DNA of 64,000 nucleotides from Octopus bimaculoides (Eukaryota): the NCBI RefSeq assembly GCF_001194135.2, contig NC_068986.1:63508810-63572809 (forward strand). Direction: 5' to 3'. Below are positions 12,631 to 26,131 of this stretch, piece by piece. The position numbers and the translations under genes were made by a program. Each line of letters starts with the position of its first letter. Within the stretch, counting starts at the first letter, position 1. The notes beneath the pieces were generated by a model. The model did no database searches, was not told the DNA's origin, and saw nothing but the letters and a program-made list of their open reading frames with translations.

Positions 12631-15600
12631 AAAAGGATGGAAGAAAACTCTTTGGAGAACAATAACCTCATTTTCAGAGTGTACATTAACACTTTTTAAA
12701 TCTACATTGTTTCCATTATTACAATCACTAATCGTTATCATGTACTTTATTCCTGAATATTCCACAATATTCAGATGCTGAACTAGGAATCTATATTTTT
12801 TTAACTAATGGTAGTAATGTTCTTAACCAGTGAGGCAATGTTTCTTATGGTGGAGATGGAGGGCAGGCCCCCGGGGTGGAGTTTGTGAATAGTGAAAAGA
12901 AGGGGAAGAAATTGCTATGTTAGATAGTTTTAAAATTAAAGCTGTTCAACATCATTGCAAAAAAAGAAGAATTATACAGATACAAAATTTATTTTGTTTT
13001 CACATTAATAAGAATGTGTGAGTAAAAAAATTTCCTAAATATTTTGTGAGGGGCCTGATATATGTTACTTTAAGAAACACTGCACTAAACCATTGGAGTA
13101 TATGAAGTAATTTAGTGAATAAAGACATTCCTGATGTTTGTTTATAAATAAGGAGTCCTAATTTGAACTCAATCAGAGATCATGTATCTATCCAACAATA
13201 AGACATCTGTTGATTGGACAAATAAAAATGCAATGTAGAAAGTGTGTGTGTGTGTGAGTGTGTGTGTGTGCGCGCACGCGTGCGTGTGTGTATGTGTATG
13301 TGTCTCCTACCATCATTTGACAACTGGTGTTGGTGTGTTTACATTCCCATAACTTAGTGATTCTGCAAAAGAGATTGACAGGCTTAAAAACTAATTTTAG
13401 GGGTCAAGTTGTTTGACTAAAATTCTTTCAAGGCAGTCAAAAATAACTGCTTGGCTGTAGTCAAAATGACTGAAACAAGTAAAAGATGAAAAGATAAAAG
13501 ATAACCAACAGCTGCATCAGAAAGATTTAGGCATTAAAGGATTTTGACTTTCAACCAAGATCCAGTGATATCTATTTTCTTTCTGAATTGTTGTTCTTGC
13601 TGCTGTTGCTACTGCTATTATTGCTGTTAATTTGGTTCTATTGCTTTCTACTATTCATAGCACTTTATGAAAATTGCTCTCCTGCTTATCAAATTTATTT
13701 CAACATCACTTAAATATAATGGAGTGACTTTTGTATTCTTCACATCAGACCAAGAGAGAACTGATGGTCAAGTTGTCAGGGTTTGGATTAGACCGCCAGT
13801 AATCTCATAACCAGGTTTGCAATTTATCTACAGCCTAGATACTTAATTTTTGAGTGGCCCTGTTTACTTATCTGTGAATAAGTATTATATCATAGAGTGG
13901 GAGCAAATCAATGATGTAAGCAGTGCAAAGACTATAAATTGTCAGACTCATTAGAGCTGTTTGACTCTTTGTATTGAGAGTTCAATTGTTCCATGTTTGA
14001 CTTTACCTTTCCTCCTACTGGCATCAATTAATAAAGTACCAATCAAGTACTGGAGTTGCTTAAGTGATTGGTTTCCCCCTCATAGAGAAATCATCAGGTT
14101 CTAGGACACAAACTTCCTGTTTTAAAGTGATCCCAATTGAAATCTTCCATCAAAATCTTATGTTAATTTGTTCCAAATGCCAGCTTAATAATGACTGAGT
14201 TATTAATTAATTAGAGTAGTGTATTTCAACAAAAATCATCAACATCATCACCATTCTAACATCCTCTTTTCCATGCTTGCATGGGTTTGATGATGTTTAG
14301 TGAAGCATGTTTTCTATGACCACCTTTCTATGACTACCTTTCTTGAAAAGGTAATATTTCCCCATGGCCAGGCATGTTTTGGCACACTATTGAAAATGAA
14401 TGAAACTGCTACTTCAACAGTGATACTCATTTACAACTATCACACAATTCAAGATAAGGAAACATAGTTTCAGTTTCTGTCTACCAAATCTTTTCAGTTT
14501 CCATCTACACAATGCTTTGGTTGACCCAGGGTTACAGTAGAAGACACTTGCCCAATGTGCCACACAGTGGAACTAAGAGCAAAATCATGTGATAGGGAAG
14601 TGAACTTACAGCCATGTATGTGCATTTATGGTAACAAAAGGGTTAAAACATACAATTACACCAATTTGGCATTATAGGTGTCATCATTATCAGCAGCAAC
14701 AACAGTAACAGCATCATTTGAAATACAAAGATGAAAAAATGAAGGTGTTCTGAAATAATATCTTAACAGGTTAGTAGGTCACTACTGAAGATCTTGTCCT
14801 CAGTTGATGTATGAAGAGCAAGTGGCAAGTTAGACTTGGTAAATCTGATCCACTTCTTACTTATTTCATTACAACCAGAAATCAAAATTACAAGATGTAT
14901 AAGTGAAATAAAATTGTACAACTAGAAATTTCACCTATGTCACAAATTCAACTTGCCAAGAACAGTTCTCACATATATTACAGTTTGGGAGTTCTATCCA
15001 GACTGTCACACTGTATTCCATATGGTTCACCATTACTTGTCAGAGTGAGCAGCATGGGCTTTCATCTAGGCAGAGAAATGATATACCTGAAAGAACAGAT
15101 CTGTGAGTTGTACCAAATGGACTGACCAACTTATTATGTGTCATAGAGTTACTTGGAAAAAACTGACTTGAAGAACACAGACTTCTATTGGTAATCAGTA
15201 TTGTGCTTGTTTTCTTTAGTACTTAAATTTATCAAACACACTCTTCTATAACAAGAGTCTTCAGTAATATCCAATATTACTAAAACTCTGGTTATGTTTA
15301 CAGATGGTGGTGCCCCAGCATGGTTGCAGTACAATGACTAAAACAAGTAAAAGAATAAAAGAACAGAAATAATTGTATTGTATTGCGTTTTCTGTATATT
15401 TTTAAAATTTTGTATTGCATTTTTATTGTATTGTTTTTTTTTTTTTCTGAAAAAGTATTGAAGAAGTGAATTATAATTTATAACATGTAAGTCAAGAGGA
15501 AATTAGGTTTGCATTATGGAATTAACTTTCAGGAAAACAATTTTCTCATAATCTGGATGATTGTTGGATATCTTCATAAACAAAACAGTTTATAGTTTAC

Positions 15601-17935
15601 TTGAGTTTTTATGTGTATATGTTTACAAGCATATAAACATACACAAACATACACTCTCTCTTTCTCTTTCTCTTTCTCTCTCTCTCTCTCTCTTTTTTTT
15701 TTTTTTTGATATCCACACCTATATGCCATACCGATGTCCAGCCTTGCCATCCACTTCTTTCCACTTTGTTCATAAAGTTATCATTGACTAATGACCCTAA
15801 ATTATTGACCCATACTATATATAGGTTACTTGAATGTCATTAAGCATACAAAAGCAAAATATAAATACAAACAAATATGAGTGATGAATGAACATCAACG
15901 AATACTTCTATTATTCCACACAAAGAATTAATTATCAAAGAAGAAAACAAATAAAATGATGATGATGGTGGTGGTGGTGGTGTGGTGGCCTTAGCAGCGG
16001 CAGTGGTGGTGCTGATGGTGACGATGAAAGAAAATTCAAGAGAATTAAGATAGACAAACAATGTTTAAAAGCTAACTTATGAAACCAGTTATATATTTTA
16101 TCAAAACTAGTGTACTAGCAGAATTGCCCAGTTTTCAATCATTTTTCAAAAATAGAAGTGACCTCTTAACAATCCCAACAACACACACATTACTACAAAT
16201 TATCTAATGAGAGACATTCACCATGTGAACTTGACTTGCTAGAAATAGCAATCAAATTCTTTTAAAGATTACACTCTATTATCTAAGAAAAGAAAGACAT
16301 GTTAGATAATTTAGTCCTAAGATACACAATGTCTGGAAAAAAAAATTATGGTTGTCTTGGCTGGAATGGTGTTGTTTGCTAGTTTTGTCATCAGAGTTAG
16401 GAGTCTTGGGGCTGAACAACAACAAGCCATAAGATAAAAGATTAAGTTTACTTAATAAAAACACTCATTTCAATTTTTATGCTTTTTTTTTCAGTGAAAT
16501 ATTTTCAATTCTTTTTATTTCTAGATTTTTTGGCATTTTTCTTTTGTTCCTGGTCAGTCCTGATCCAGCATATCAAAGGTGTTTCAATCATGATCAATCA
16601 TTTAATTTGCTTATTTTTTACACAGAGTGTATCTCGGACTACATTATTCAATGTGCCCCAAGTTTTGTTGCATTTTTTTTAAATGGTTGCATAGAATTTA
16701 ATTTGAAACAGATTTAGCTGCTATTTCTAACAGGTTGAGTAACTGCATATAAAATCTCTTATTTCTAGTTTTGATGGAATGACAGAAAGGGGCAGTCTAT
16801 TCTGCCTTTTCATCCAACTATCTATTTGGGTCATTTCAAATGCTTCCTCCACGGATACATGGCATTGTGCCAAAATAAAAAGTCGTTATTAGTTGCTTTT
16901 TCATTAAAAAGAAATTTTGTCAAAATGAAGAAAATAAAAAAATGATGTAGCTCTCAGTTATGCTTTTGCAAACTGAGCTATGGCACTTGTACAAATGGGC
17001 AGTGCAAATGATTTTAAAAAAAAAAAATTATGCCAAAGATAAGTTTAAAATGATGTCAAAGATAAGTTTAAAAGGCTGTTTGAATTATTCCAGGGATTAA
17101 GTAATTTATCAAAAGCATTTACAAGCCTCCTCCCTCCTCTTTATCCAATTATCACCTCCCCTTGTCCTTCTCCATTAACAGACATTCTTATCAGTTGACC
17201 TTTTATTCCTTTTCCAACTGAAGTCAGAGGCACCTCTGAATGTTTTACATTCTTTGCTGTTTTTAGTACCTCATCCTTTCACACCTGGAGTTCAGAAATT
17301 TCAGGCACACTGTATGTATATATCAGTTTCAACTTTTGGTTGGTAGTTTTGGTTGGTAGAGTAAATTTTGTTCAATTCATTATTCTTTCAATTTTCTTCT
17401 TGGTTGAACCCACCAGAACACAATACCAATATTGAATTCAGTGAAAAATATCACTCTTCCTCTTTAAAGTATAGAACCTGAATTGGGTCAGCATATTTTT
17501 ATATGCATTGAGCCTCATCATTGTGTGCAGTTGATATTCTAGCAAGTTGACACTACTGTTTGATTTCAATTTACTGTTGTGACCATTTCACTCCACATGC
17601 ACTATTAATGTAGAAGAGAGATAAAGTATGGATGGTGAAAGAATCGCATTATTTATAAGTTTAAGGGCACCTGCCTTTGGAAAAAGAAGAACCAGCAGAA
17701 AAAGCATGCTGGATCAAATAGCTGACATGATGCAGTTTCACACACACGCATATGGATACACATACACATCTATGTACACGTGTGTGTATTTTAATAATAG
17801 CTTTGCTGTGCTGCATAAGACTTAAAATTTTGTGGGCTTGTAAGATGAACCTATCTCATCAGATATCTAGAGAAGGGTAAAGGGATTTGAGACAAGTTTG
17901 AGATGGCTTCTAGATGTTAGGCCTTTATTATCAGC

Positions 17936-18860
17936 TCAGTTCATTGATGTTAATACTATAAAAATAAGGTCATTAGAATAGAGAAGTTCCCATGGGCACA
18001 CAGCCTTAAACTCCTCTGTTATGGCCTGAAGAACTATAATGAATAGGAGGGGACTGAGAACTGAGCCCTTGTAAACTACTTGCACACTAAATTCATTGCT
18101 ACACTTGTTGCTAACTCTCAGCTTACAGACAGAACCCCTGTATATGGCTTGAACAGCTCTCTCCAGCCATTCATCTCCACAGTTCCAAAGTAACCACAAG
18201 ATCATAGTAAAAGGGACTCTATTGAAGGTGTTCTCCCGGTTGATGCTTGCTAATTTCAGTGATTTATTTTTGGCTAAATACTTCTCTTGCAGTTGTCTTA
18301 CTAGAAAGAGAGCATCAGTAGTGCTTATTCATGGCACAAAACTAAGTTGCATCTCATCTAGGCTAAATCCCTTCCTAATTAGTTGAGCTATAACTAATTT
18401 TGTAACTTTATTGACCTTATCTGGCAATTTGATAACTCTTTTACTCTTGTAACAGCTGACCATAATGCTGCTACACCAGTCACTGGATATGACCCCTTCT
18501 TGACAGTGCATATCTTACACTGCCAGATATTTTAAGGGTCTCTATGATGATTTCTGATAGACCAGGGACTTACCCTGCCTTCATATCCTTAATTGCTTTT
18601 CTATCAAACTGCTGTCAACTAGAATAGTTAATCCCTCTGTTGGATCCACATTAGGAAGACTCTTTCTTCCATACGTTTTCCACATTTAATAACCTTTTAT
18701 AGTAGCACCTGCATGCATAGCACTATTTATTCATCCACACATTTGTCTCCCACAACATCTCAATTCTCTCTGATAAACTGTCTTGCAATCCAGTCCACCT
18801 TGCAACTTCTACTGGCAAATCTCTTCCTTTCTGCTTCTCCCCTTGCTATGTAAACCTGCA
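17936..18860 (-). mobile_element. RTE-clade LINE reverse transcriptase fragment
   Basis: QEGVISSDWCSSIMVSCYK; LDEMQLSFVP; EWLERAVQAIY; GSVLSPLLFIIVLQAITEEF; ELLYSNDL (YADD decayed). Confidence 0.85.
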
Positions 18861-19120
18861 GTGACAACATCATAATGAAACAACGATGATGAGTATTGGT
18901 ACAACATTGACAATATATCAACAACTTACTGATACAAAGATAGCAATCTTTGATGAAGAGATAACAAACAAAATACTATTAGTAGGAGGCTAACAGCAAT
19001 GGTGGTAATAAAATTCAGATGCATTAATGAAAATAAAAATAGAAATTAAAATATAAAAGTCAAAACAAACAATAGACAAATACATAAACAAAAGATATAT
19101 GAAATTTCAATATTACTCTA

Positions 19121-19351
19121 CAGGGTTGGCCAAAAGTCACCTGACAGTAAATCAAAACCATTTAATTCCAAGATTTATTTGTTTAACAACTGAATGAATT
19201 TAATAAAAGCATCTAAATATGAAACCTCATGAAAATTGTTCAAACTGAAGTACTTCTTGAGCAATATATTTTTCCATTCGAGTCAATACAGAATTACAGA
19301 TAGTATTTATGGAATTCTGATTGACTGCCGGGTGACTTTTGGCCAAACCTT
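19121..19351. mobile_element. Tc1/mariner-type MITE (~230 bp) with TA target duplication
   Basis: TA|CAGGGTTGGCCAAAAGTCACC...GGTGACTTTTGGCCAAACCTT|TA. Confidence 0.8.
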
Positions 19352-19357
19352 TATAAT

Positions 19358-19555
19358 AAGGCAGCAAGCTGGTAGAATCATTAGCACACCAGGCAATATG
19401 CTTAGCAGCATTTCATCCATTTTTATGCTCTGAGCCAACCATGCCTTTCATCCTTTTGGGGTCAATAAGTACCTGTTGAGCACTGGGGTTGATATAATTA
19501 ATTTGCTCCCTCCCCAAACATTGCTGGCTTTGTGCCAAAATTTGAAATCAATATT
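19358..19555 (+). mobile_element. tRNA-derived SINE with Nin/Deu-like central domain
   Basis: Head AAGGCAGCAAGCTGGTAGAATCATTAGCAC, central GCCTTTCATCCTTTTGGGGTCAATAAGTACC, end TTGTGCCAAAATTTGAAATCAATATT. Same family as the arrays at 22425-23470 and 37915-38945. Confidence 0.75.
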
Positions 19556-20334
19556 ACTCTATAACATTTCTGTAAATGAAACCTCATTTTAGAAATGACA
19601 GAGTTACATCTGTTTATGTCCATCATGGTAATATTTAAGCAACATTGTATCTTATTTAGTCACAAAATATTGATTATTTTAATAATATCTTCCAATCAGC
19701 TGATCTAGAAATTCCGTTTTATTAAATAGAAGTGGTTCCATCCACACGCCTCAACAAACCATTTCCAAAGACAGTCTTGCATCTAATTTAGAACTTACCG
19801 TATTTTCACGCTTGATATTTATTATGAATCAGGATTGTTGTTATATGTGTTGCTTTTGCTGTTGTTGATATTTTAATGTGTTATTCTTTTTGCTGATTTT
19901 ACTGTAATTATTATGAAGCCTAAAAAAAAAAAAAAAAGAAATCATCATGATTATTATTAACATTGATTCTAACAGTATTTCTACCTAGCCCTTTTCCTCT
20001 ATGCCTTCTGTCTATCACCTACTCTGTTACACACACACACTCTCTCTCTCTCTCTCTCTCTCTCTCNNNNNNNNNNNNNNNNNNNNNNNNNNNNNNNNNN
20101 NNNNNNNNNNNNNNNNNNNNNNNNNNNNNNNNNNNNNNNNNNNNNNNNNNNNNNNNNNNNNNNNNNNNNNNNNNNNATATATATATATATATATATATAC
20201 GAGACATTCTGATTAAAACATGATGTGAAAGAGGAGGTACTTATTGATCTCAAAAGGATGAAAGGCATGGTTGACTCAGAGCATAAAAATGGATGAAATG
20301 CTGCTAAGCATTTTGCCTGGTGTGCTAATGAAAC

Positions 20335-21060
20335 ATAGAAGACAACTGGAAGTTCTCACAGTTCCACCTTCTCAAAGCCACAGACCAAATCTGTGACTGG
20401 GGCAAAGTCTCTGCCAGACAAAGAGTGATATTGTGAAGTAGATAGGTCTATAAAAATAAAGAGACAGGGTTGGAAAGATTGAGGAAATTGAGGCAGCAAA
20501 GAGCTATATCAGGTAGCCAAGAAGGAAGCTAGTTGACAGGTTTATCAAGCAAGGGCAGAAGCAGAAAAGAAGAGGTATGCCAATGTCTTGTATGTATGGA
20601 GATCAAACACTTGAGGTGTTCTAGATTGCTAGACAGTGCATCAAAAAGTTATGAAAGAGAAGTGTGTATGGATGGATAATGGTATGCTTACACTTAGTGA
20701 CTCAGAAAAGAAAGAGGTTTGAAAGTATTACTATGAAAGGCTATTAAATATGGAGGATGAATGGGAGAAAGGGAGTCTCTCACATGGGAATCAAATTGAG
20801 GGGCCAGCTGTTTGAGTTGACAGCTGTATGATAGGTAAGGCAATTTAGGATATAAAAGCTGGGACAGCTCTGGTCCATTGGAAGTTACCTCTGAAATGCT
20901 TAAAATATCTGGCAGAGTAGGATATGGTTTGGTCACCCGTATACTTAATCAAATTATTTATGAAGGTGTCATCCCAATGACTGGTGTAGCAGTATTATAG
21001 TCAGCTGCTACAAGGTTAAGGGAGATGCCTTAGTTAGAAGTAATTACAAAGGCATCAATA
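20335..21060 (+). mobile_element. RTE-clade LINE fragment (EN end to RT start)
   Basis: Sense copy of the family seen at 17936, 31556 and 49040 (YYERLLNMEDEWEKGSL..QIEGPAV; WCSSIIVSCYK). Confidence 0.75.
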
Positions 21061-21299
21061 TGGGATCTACGCTCTAATATGGGAGCTATGAGTAATTGAA
21101 CGACCTTCTATATGACCACCTAACCTGCTAGAAATAGCAGCCAAATACCCACACTGGAAAGATTAATTAACGAACATCATCTTAGAAATACCCAAGAAAA
21201 GATGGGATACTCATTGCTTGAATGCCTTTGATCACATGTCTGCTAGATCAGAACTGACAAGAAACTAAACAACAGTTATAGTAACTTCCAGTCATGTAA

Positions 21300-22375
21300 G
21301 TACCATTGCTGCTGCTACTACTGCAGCTGCTGCTGCTGCTGCTGCTGCTGCTACTACTACTACTACTACTGTTGCTGCTGCTGCTGTAACTGTATATGCT
21401 GCTGATGTTGCTGTGACTGTAACTGTTTTAAACATCTCAGCAACATATAACCACTGATGCTACCAACAACAGCGGCAGCATTGTTATCATCCTCACTTCC
21501 AGTCAATGTGGTTACTCACTAAATTGAAATAAATGCCAGTTTTCTCTCCAATCATAATCTACCATTTTCGAAAAGGAAATTACACATTTGTAGATACACT
21601 ACACCTAAAAAAATAGAAAGGATTGTCATAGCTGGAACACCTTTCATCAAAGAAAATTAATCTAGGGTTAAACAATAATAACAACCATCATCATCATCAG
21701 CAGCAGCAGCACCACCACCACCACCACAACCACTATACCAACAAGAGAACCATTATGTGATCATTCAATCTGGCAAGAATAGCAGCCAAATCTCCCTCAA
21801 ATCCTATCCAACAATCTTGAAAGAAAATGTGGCGGGACACATTTGATACGTAGTTCTAGATACCTTTACCAAGACAGGATGACCCAGGCTGGAATATCCT
21901 TTTTAACGTATCTGCTCAGTTAAGGTTGACCTGAGACTAAACACCAACAACAATAACAAAACCATCTGCACCACTGATACTGACAACTTCATCAGTGCCT
22001 CCACCACCACCACCAAAACCACCACCACAGTCATCACCACTACTATTACTATTAATACTACAGCTATTGTTGCTGATATTACTACAATGACAAGTCCAGC
22101 TATTGACTTATCATCATATACCACCACTACCACATCAACCCCACCACCATCACTACCGTCACAACTACCACTACAGCAATCACCATTACCACCATGAGAA
22201 CTGCTACAACGATAACCATCACTATCTTGACCACTTTCACTACCACACTGCCAACACACCACCTTCATCCTCAGCCCCACGCTCACTACCACTCCTATAC
22301 TACAGCTACTATTTGATGTTACAACTATCTCTACTGCTGTTACTTTTGTTAGTGTTACTGCTATCACATCTTGTT
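21300..22375. repeat. Cryptic trinucleotide low-complexity region ((GCT)n, (ACT)n, (CAC)n, (CAA)n)
   Basis: Directly visible degenerate triplet repeats, interleaved with two copies of the CAA-tailed repeat. Confidence 0.8.
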
Positions 22376-22424
22376 GTTTGTGTTAACTCTCTCACTATTG
22401 CTCTTTAAAAAATAATAATTTTCT

Positions 22425-23470
22425 AGCACAGGCACAAAGCCAGAACCTTGGGTGGTGGTGAGGTTTAATTATATTGACTATAGTAGTTGACTGGCACTTT
22501 ATTTTATCAGAACAAATGCTTCAAAGCATTTTGTCTGGTACTCTAACAATTCTGCAAATCCATTACCTTTAATTATTATAATCTGAAATTTTGGTGGGAG
22601 TGGGCCAGTTGATTACATTGGCCCCAGTGCTCAAATGGTACTTATTTCATCAATCCCAAAAGGATGAAAGGTAAAGTTGACCTCTACAGACAAAACACCA
22701 CTAAGCATTTTGTCTAGCATACTGAAGATTCTGCCAGCTTGCTGCCTTAACAATAATAATAATAGTTCTTTCTACCATAGGCACAAGGCCTGAAGTTTGT
22801 GGGGAGGGGGAAGTTGACTACATCAACCTTATTACTTGACTGGTACTTATTTTAACAGCCCTGAAAGGATAAAAAGCTAAGTAAATTTCAGTGGGATTTG
22901 AACTCTGAATGTAAACATAGGCATAAGGCCACAACTTTGTGAGGTGAGAGAAGTAATCAATTAAATTGACCTTACAACTTGACCTGACTTTTATTAACCC
23001 TGTAAGAATGAAAGGTAAAAATTAACCTTCGGCAGGATTTGAATTTAGGATTTGATGATTATGATAATAATGGTTTCAAATTTTGGCACAAGGCCAGCAA
23101 TTTGGGTAGACGGTAAGTCAATTACAATGACCCCAGTGTCCAAATGGTACTTATTTTATCGACCGCAAAAGGATGAAAAGCAAAGTTGACCTCGGTGGAA
23201 TTTGAACTCAGAACAGAAAGACCAACAAAATGCTGCAACAATTCTGCCAGCTCAAATCATTTCAAGCATAAGCACAAGACCATGAATTTTGAAAATGGTT
23301 TAGGTGATATAATCAATACTAGTATTCAACTGATACTTTATTTTATTGACCCAGGATGAAAGAAATTGACCATGTGATGATGTTTGAAATCAGATTATAA
23401 AAGATTTTTACTAAGCACCAAAAGGTATTTCATCCACTGCTCTAATTATTCTGTCAATCCAATGCTCTTA
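22425..23470 (-). mobile_element. Array of about six co-oriented Nin/Deu-like SINE copies separated by (AAT)n-type spacers
   Basis: Units start at about 22425, 22585, 22765, 22918, 23072 and 23262. Each has some or all of GGCACAAGGCC, GGATGAAAGG and GAATTTGAACTC. Confidence 0.75.
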
Positions 23471-24789
23471 CCATTTCAAACATTACAAATACTACTTCTT
23501 ATGTAACATCAGGTTTTAATATTTTATCCAATGTCCATATAGAAATATCTAATTTTCCAGGTAGTTTGTTTAAAGATATACTTGATAGAAACTGGGTTTT
23601 TCCTCCAACAGATTTTTATGTAGTCACTTAACTTGCTTGAAATAACAACCAAATTTCCTGCATAACATCTTTACTGTCATGAAAAAGGAAAGGGATTAAA
23701 GAACAAATGTTCAATTTCCAAAGTTGGTCTTTCAGATAATGATTTATAAAATAAATTGAGGGTTTTATAAAACTGTCAAATCAATTTATATATAATAGAT
23801 ATTATAAAGTTTCCTTCTCAACATCTTATCATTATTGTTTTTCCTTATCATCATCATATTAATGTTCACTTTTCTGCGCTCACATGGATTGTTAAGACAA
23901 ATTTTCTACAACCCAATGCCCTTCTTATTACCAATGTTCATTTACAACTATCACACGATATCATCATAAGGAGTCACAAACACACAAACATGTGAACACA
24001 CATATATACTTATATGATGGGCTTCTTTTGGCTCCTATCAACCAAATATACTCATAAGGCTATGGTCAGCTCAAGGCTATAATAAGAGACACTTGCCCAA
24101 AGTGCAATGCAGTGGGATTGAATTTGAAACTATGAGTTTGGGAAGCAAACTTCTTAACCACACAACCAAGCCTTTTCTCTTCAACATTTGTTATTTATAA
24201 ATTCAGTTATCATATATTTAAATTATCATGTATTTCAGGTTCCATAATAGTGTTGCTTTGATAATTCCAGATGTACTTGTAACAAATTTTCTACTTAATA
24301 TACAAATCTTCAATTGTTAACAAATACTTGCAGGAGCCTTGGAAGTTACTGTTTATCACTGGTGCAGAGATGAAAAACAAATCTCATTCTGGTCTTTTGC
24401 AAATATAATATTCCCAGATGATGTGATTCATATATATGCCTCTCAACTAGATGATCTTAGGAATGTAGAAGAAAAAACGTGTTTTCCTCAAAACCAGATA
24501 AAAAGCCATTGACAGAATTTAACTCACAATTTATGTTTTCTCTTGGGTAGCAGAAATGTCTCAGACTTAGAGAATAGATTAAATTCTATTGAATTTATCT
24601 TTTGTTCATGAGGACTGCAAAAGAATAGGTCAGTGTTTCCCAAATGGTATTCCTGGACTCTAGGGTTCTGCAAGAGGGTGCTAAGGGTTCAGTAAGAAAA
24701 AGTGATAAGTAAGGTAATTATACTCAAATACATTTTGAGTAACTTTTGAATTTAATCCTCTGCTTGTAATTTTATTATATGCACATGGC

Positions 24790-26078
24790 ACAGGTGTGGC
24801 CATGTGGTAAGAAGTTGCTTTCCACTATCTGGGTGGCAGCAGAGTCAAGCTCCTTGATGTGAAAATTTTGCCTGTGGCTGATTGGATAGGGTCAAAAGCA
24901 GTTTTGATCCTGTGGACCCAATCAGCCAAGAATCTGGTTTTCCCGGATTTTTTGAAAATGGCCGGGTGCAGGTACCCATTGATTCTTGAGGGACGCTCCC
25001 CTAAGTGTCACCTGTGCCTTGAACTGGGTCACATTAAAAAGAACTGTCCCCAGGACCAGAGTAGAGTCCTGAAGCAGTTGGTCGTGGAAAAGCCCCCCCC
25101 CCTCACTCCTCTGGAAGAAGAAATGGAGGTAGTCATGGAGGGGGAGACCTCCCCCAGAAAAAAAGGAAGAAGGTGAGCGACGATGGTTGCTCACCAAGGG
25201 ATCCTAAAACTGCGGGAGGAAGCATTGTTCCTCCAGTTGAGGCGAAGGAACCAACCTCTCCTGTACCAAAGACAAAAAAGAAGAAAAAAAAGAATGGGAC
25301 AGTGCCAGCGATTTGCAATGCACTGCTAGCACATCCCAAAACCTCGTCAGTAGGAATTGTATCACCGATGGAGGAAATTGTGGCCCCACCCAGAGAGAAT
25401 AATGAGGAATTTGTGATCTTCTTTCTCAGAGGAGGGGCCGTAGAGAGCTTCGTAAGAAGTTTTGAAGGTCAGGAACAGGTGGTCCCGACCTGCATTGGTA
25501 GCTCACATTGGCCTCCGCAGGTGGCTGTGGAGATCCTGAATGAGAGTTACTTTTATAAGATAATGCATACTTTTTCTAAGGAGGAATTCAATTATCTTTT
25601 CTGGGACCCCGACTTACTACTGTGGGATTGCCTGCAGGCAGTGATAGATTTGATCGTGGCGGTGGAGTGAGAGGCCTTGGTGCCTTGATTAGCTTAGAAC
25701 TTTTTGACTACTCTAAGAGGTTTGTTGCCTCGTTTGTGTTTGAAGAAAGAAAAAACAGTGTTTTCGGAGGGCGTCGATTGATGGGCATCGTTTGCTTCTC
25801 TCGTCAATATTATTATTTTGTTCATCATTCATTTCATTTGTGTTATTGTCCAGCCCACATTTGCTTCTTGCATCCATCTTTGTAATGCCTTATGGCAAAT
25901 TTTATGAAATAAAGAAGTTGCTTCCCAACAACATGGTTCTGAGTTCTGGGTACTGGGTTCTGTGTTTCCCAGCCACATGGTTCTTATTGTGTATCACCTT
26001 GGGCAAGTGTCTTACACCATAACCCCAGGTCAACCAAATCCGTGTGAATGGATTTGGTAGATGGAAACTGAAAGAAGC

Positions 26079-26131
<53 letters not shown>

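Noticed and set aside
12812-13083. hAT/Charlie-like MITE (also a single end at ~24630)
   Set aside because: Only one clear CAGTGTTTC-type terminus in each case and no 8-bp TSD.
16279-16464. Hydrophobic mini-ORFs near 16340-16430
   Set aside because: They lie within the dispersed CAA-tailed repeat.
21903-22408. Thr-rich mucin-like, or Val-rich membrane-like, ORFs
   Set aside because: Degenerate triplet repeat with no splice or homology support. Similar tracts occur at 15950-16030 and 58430-58900.
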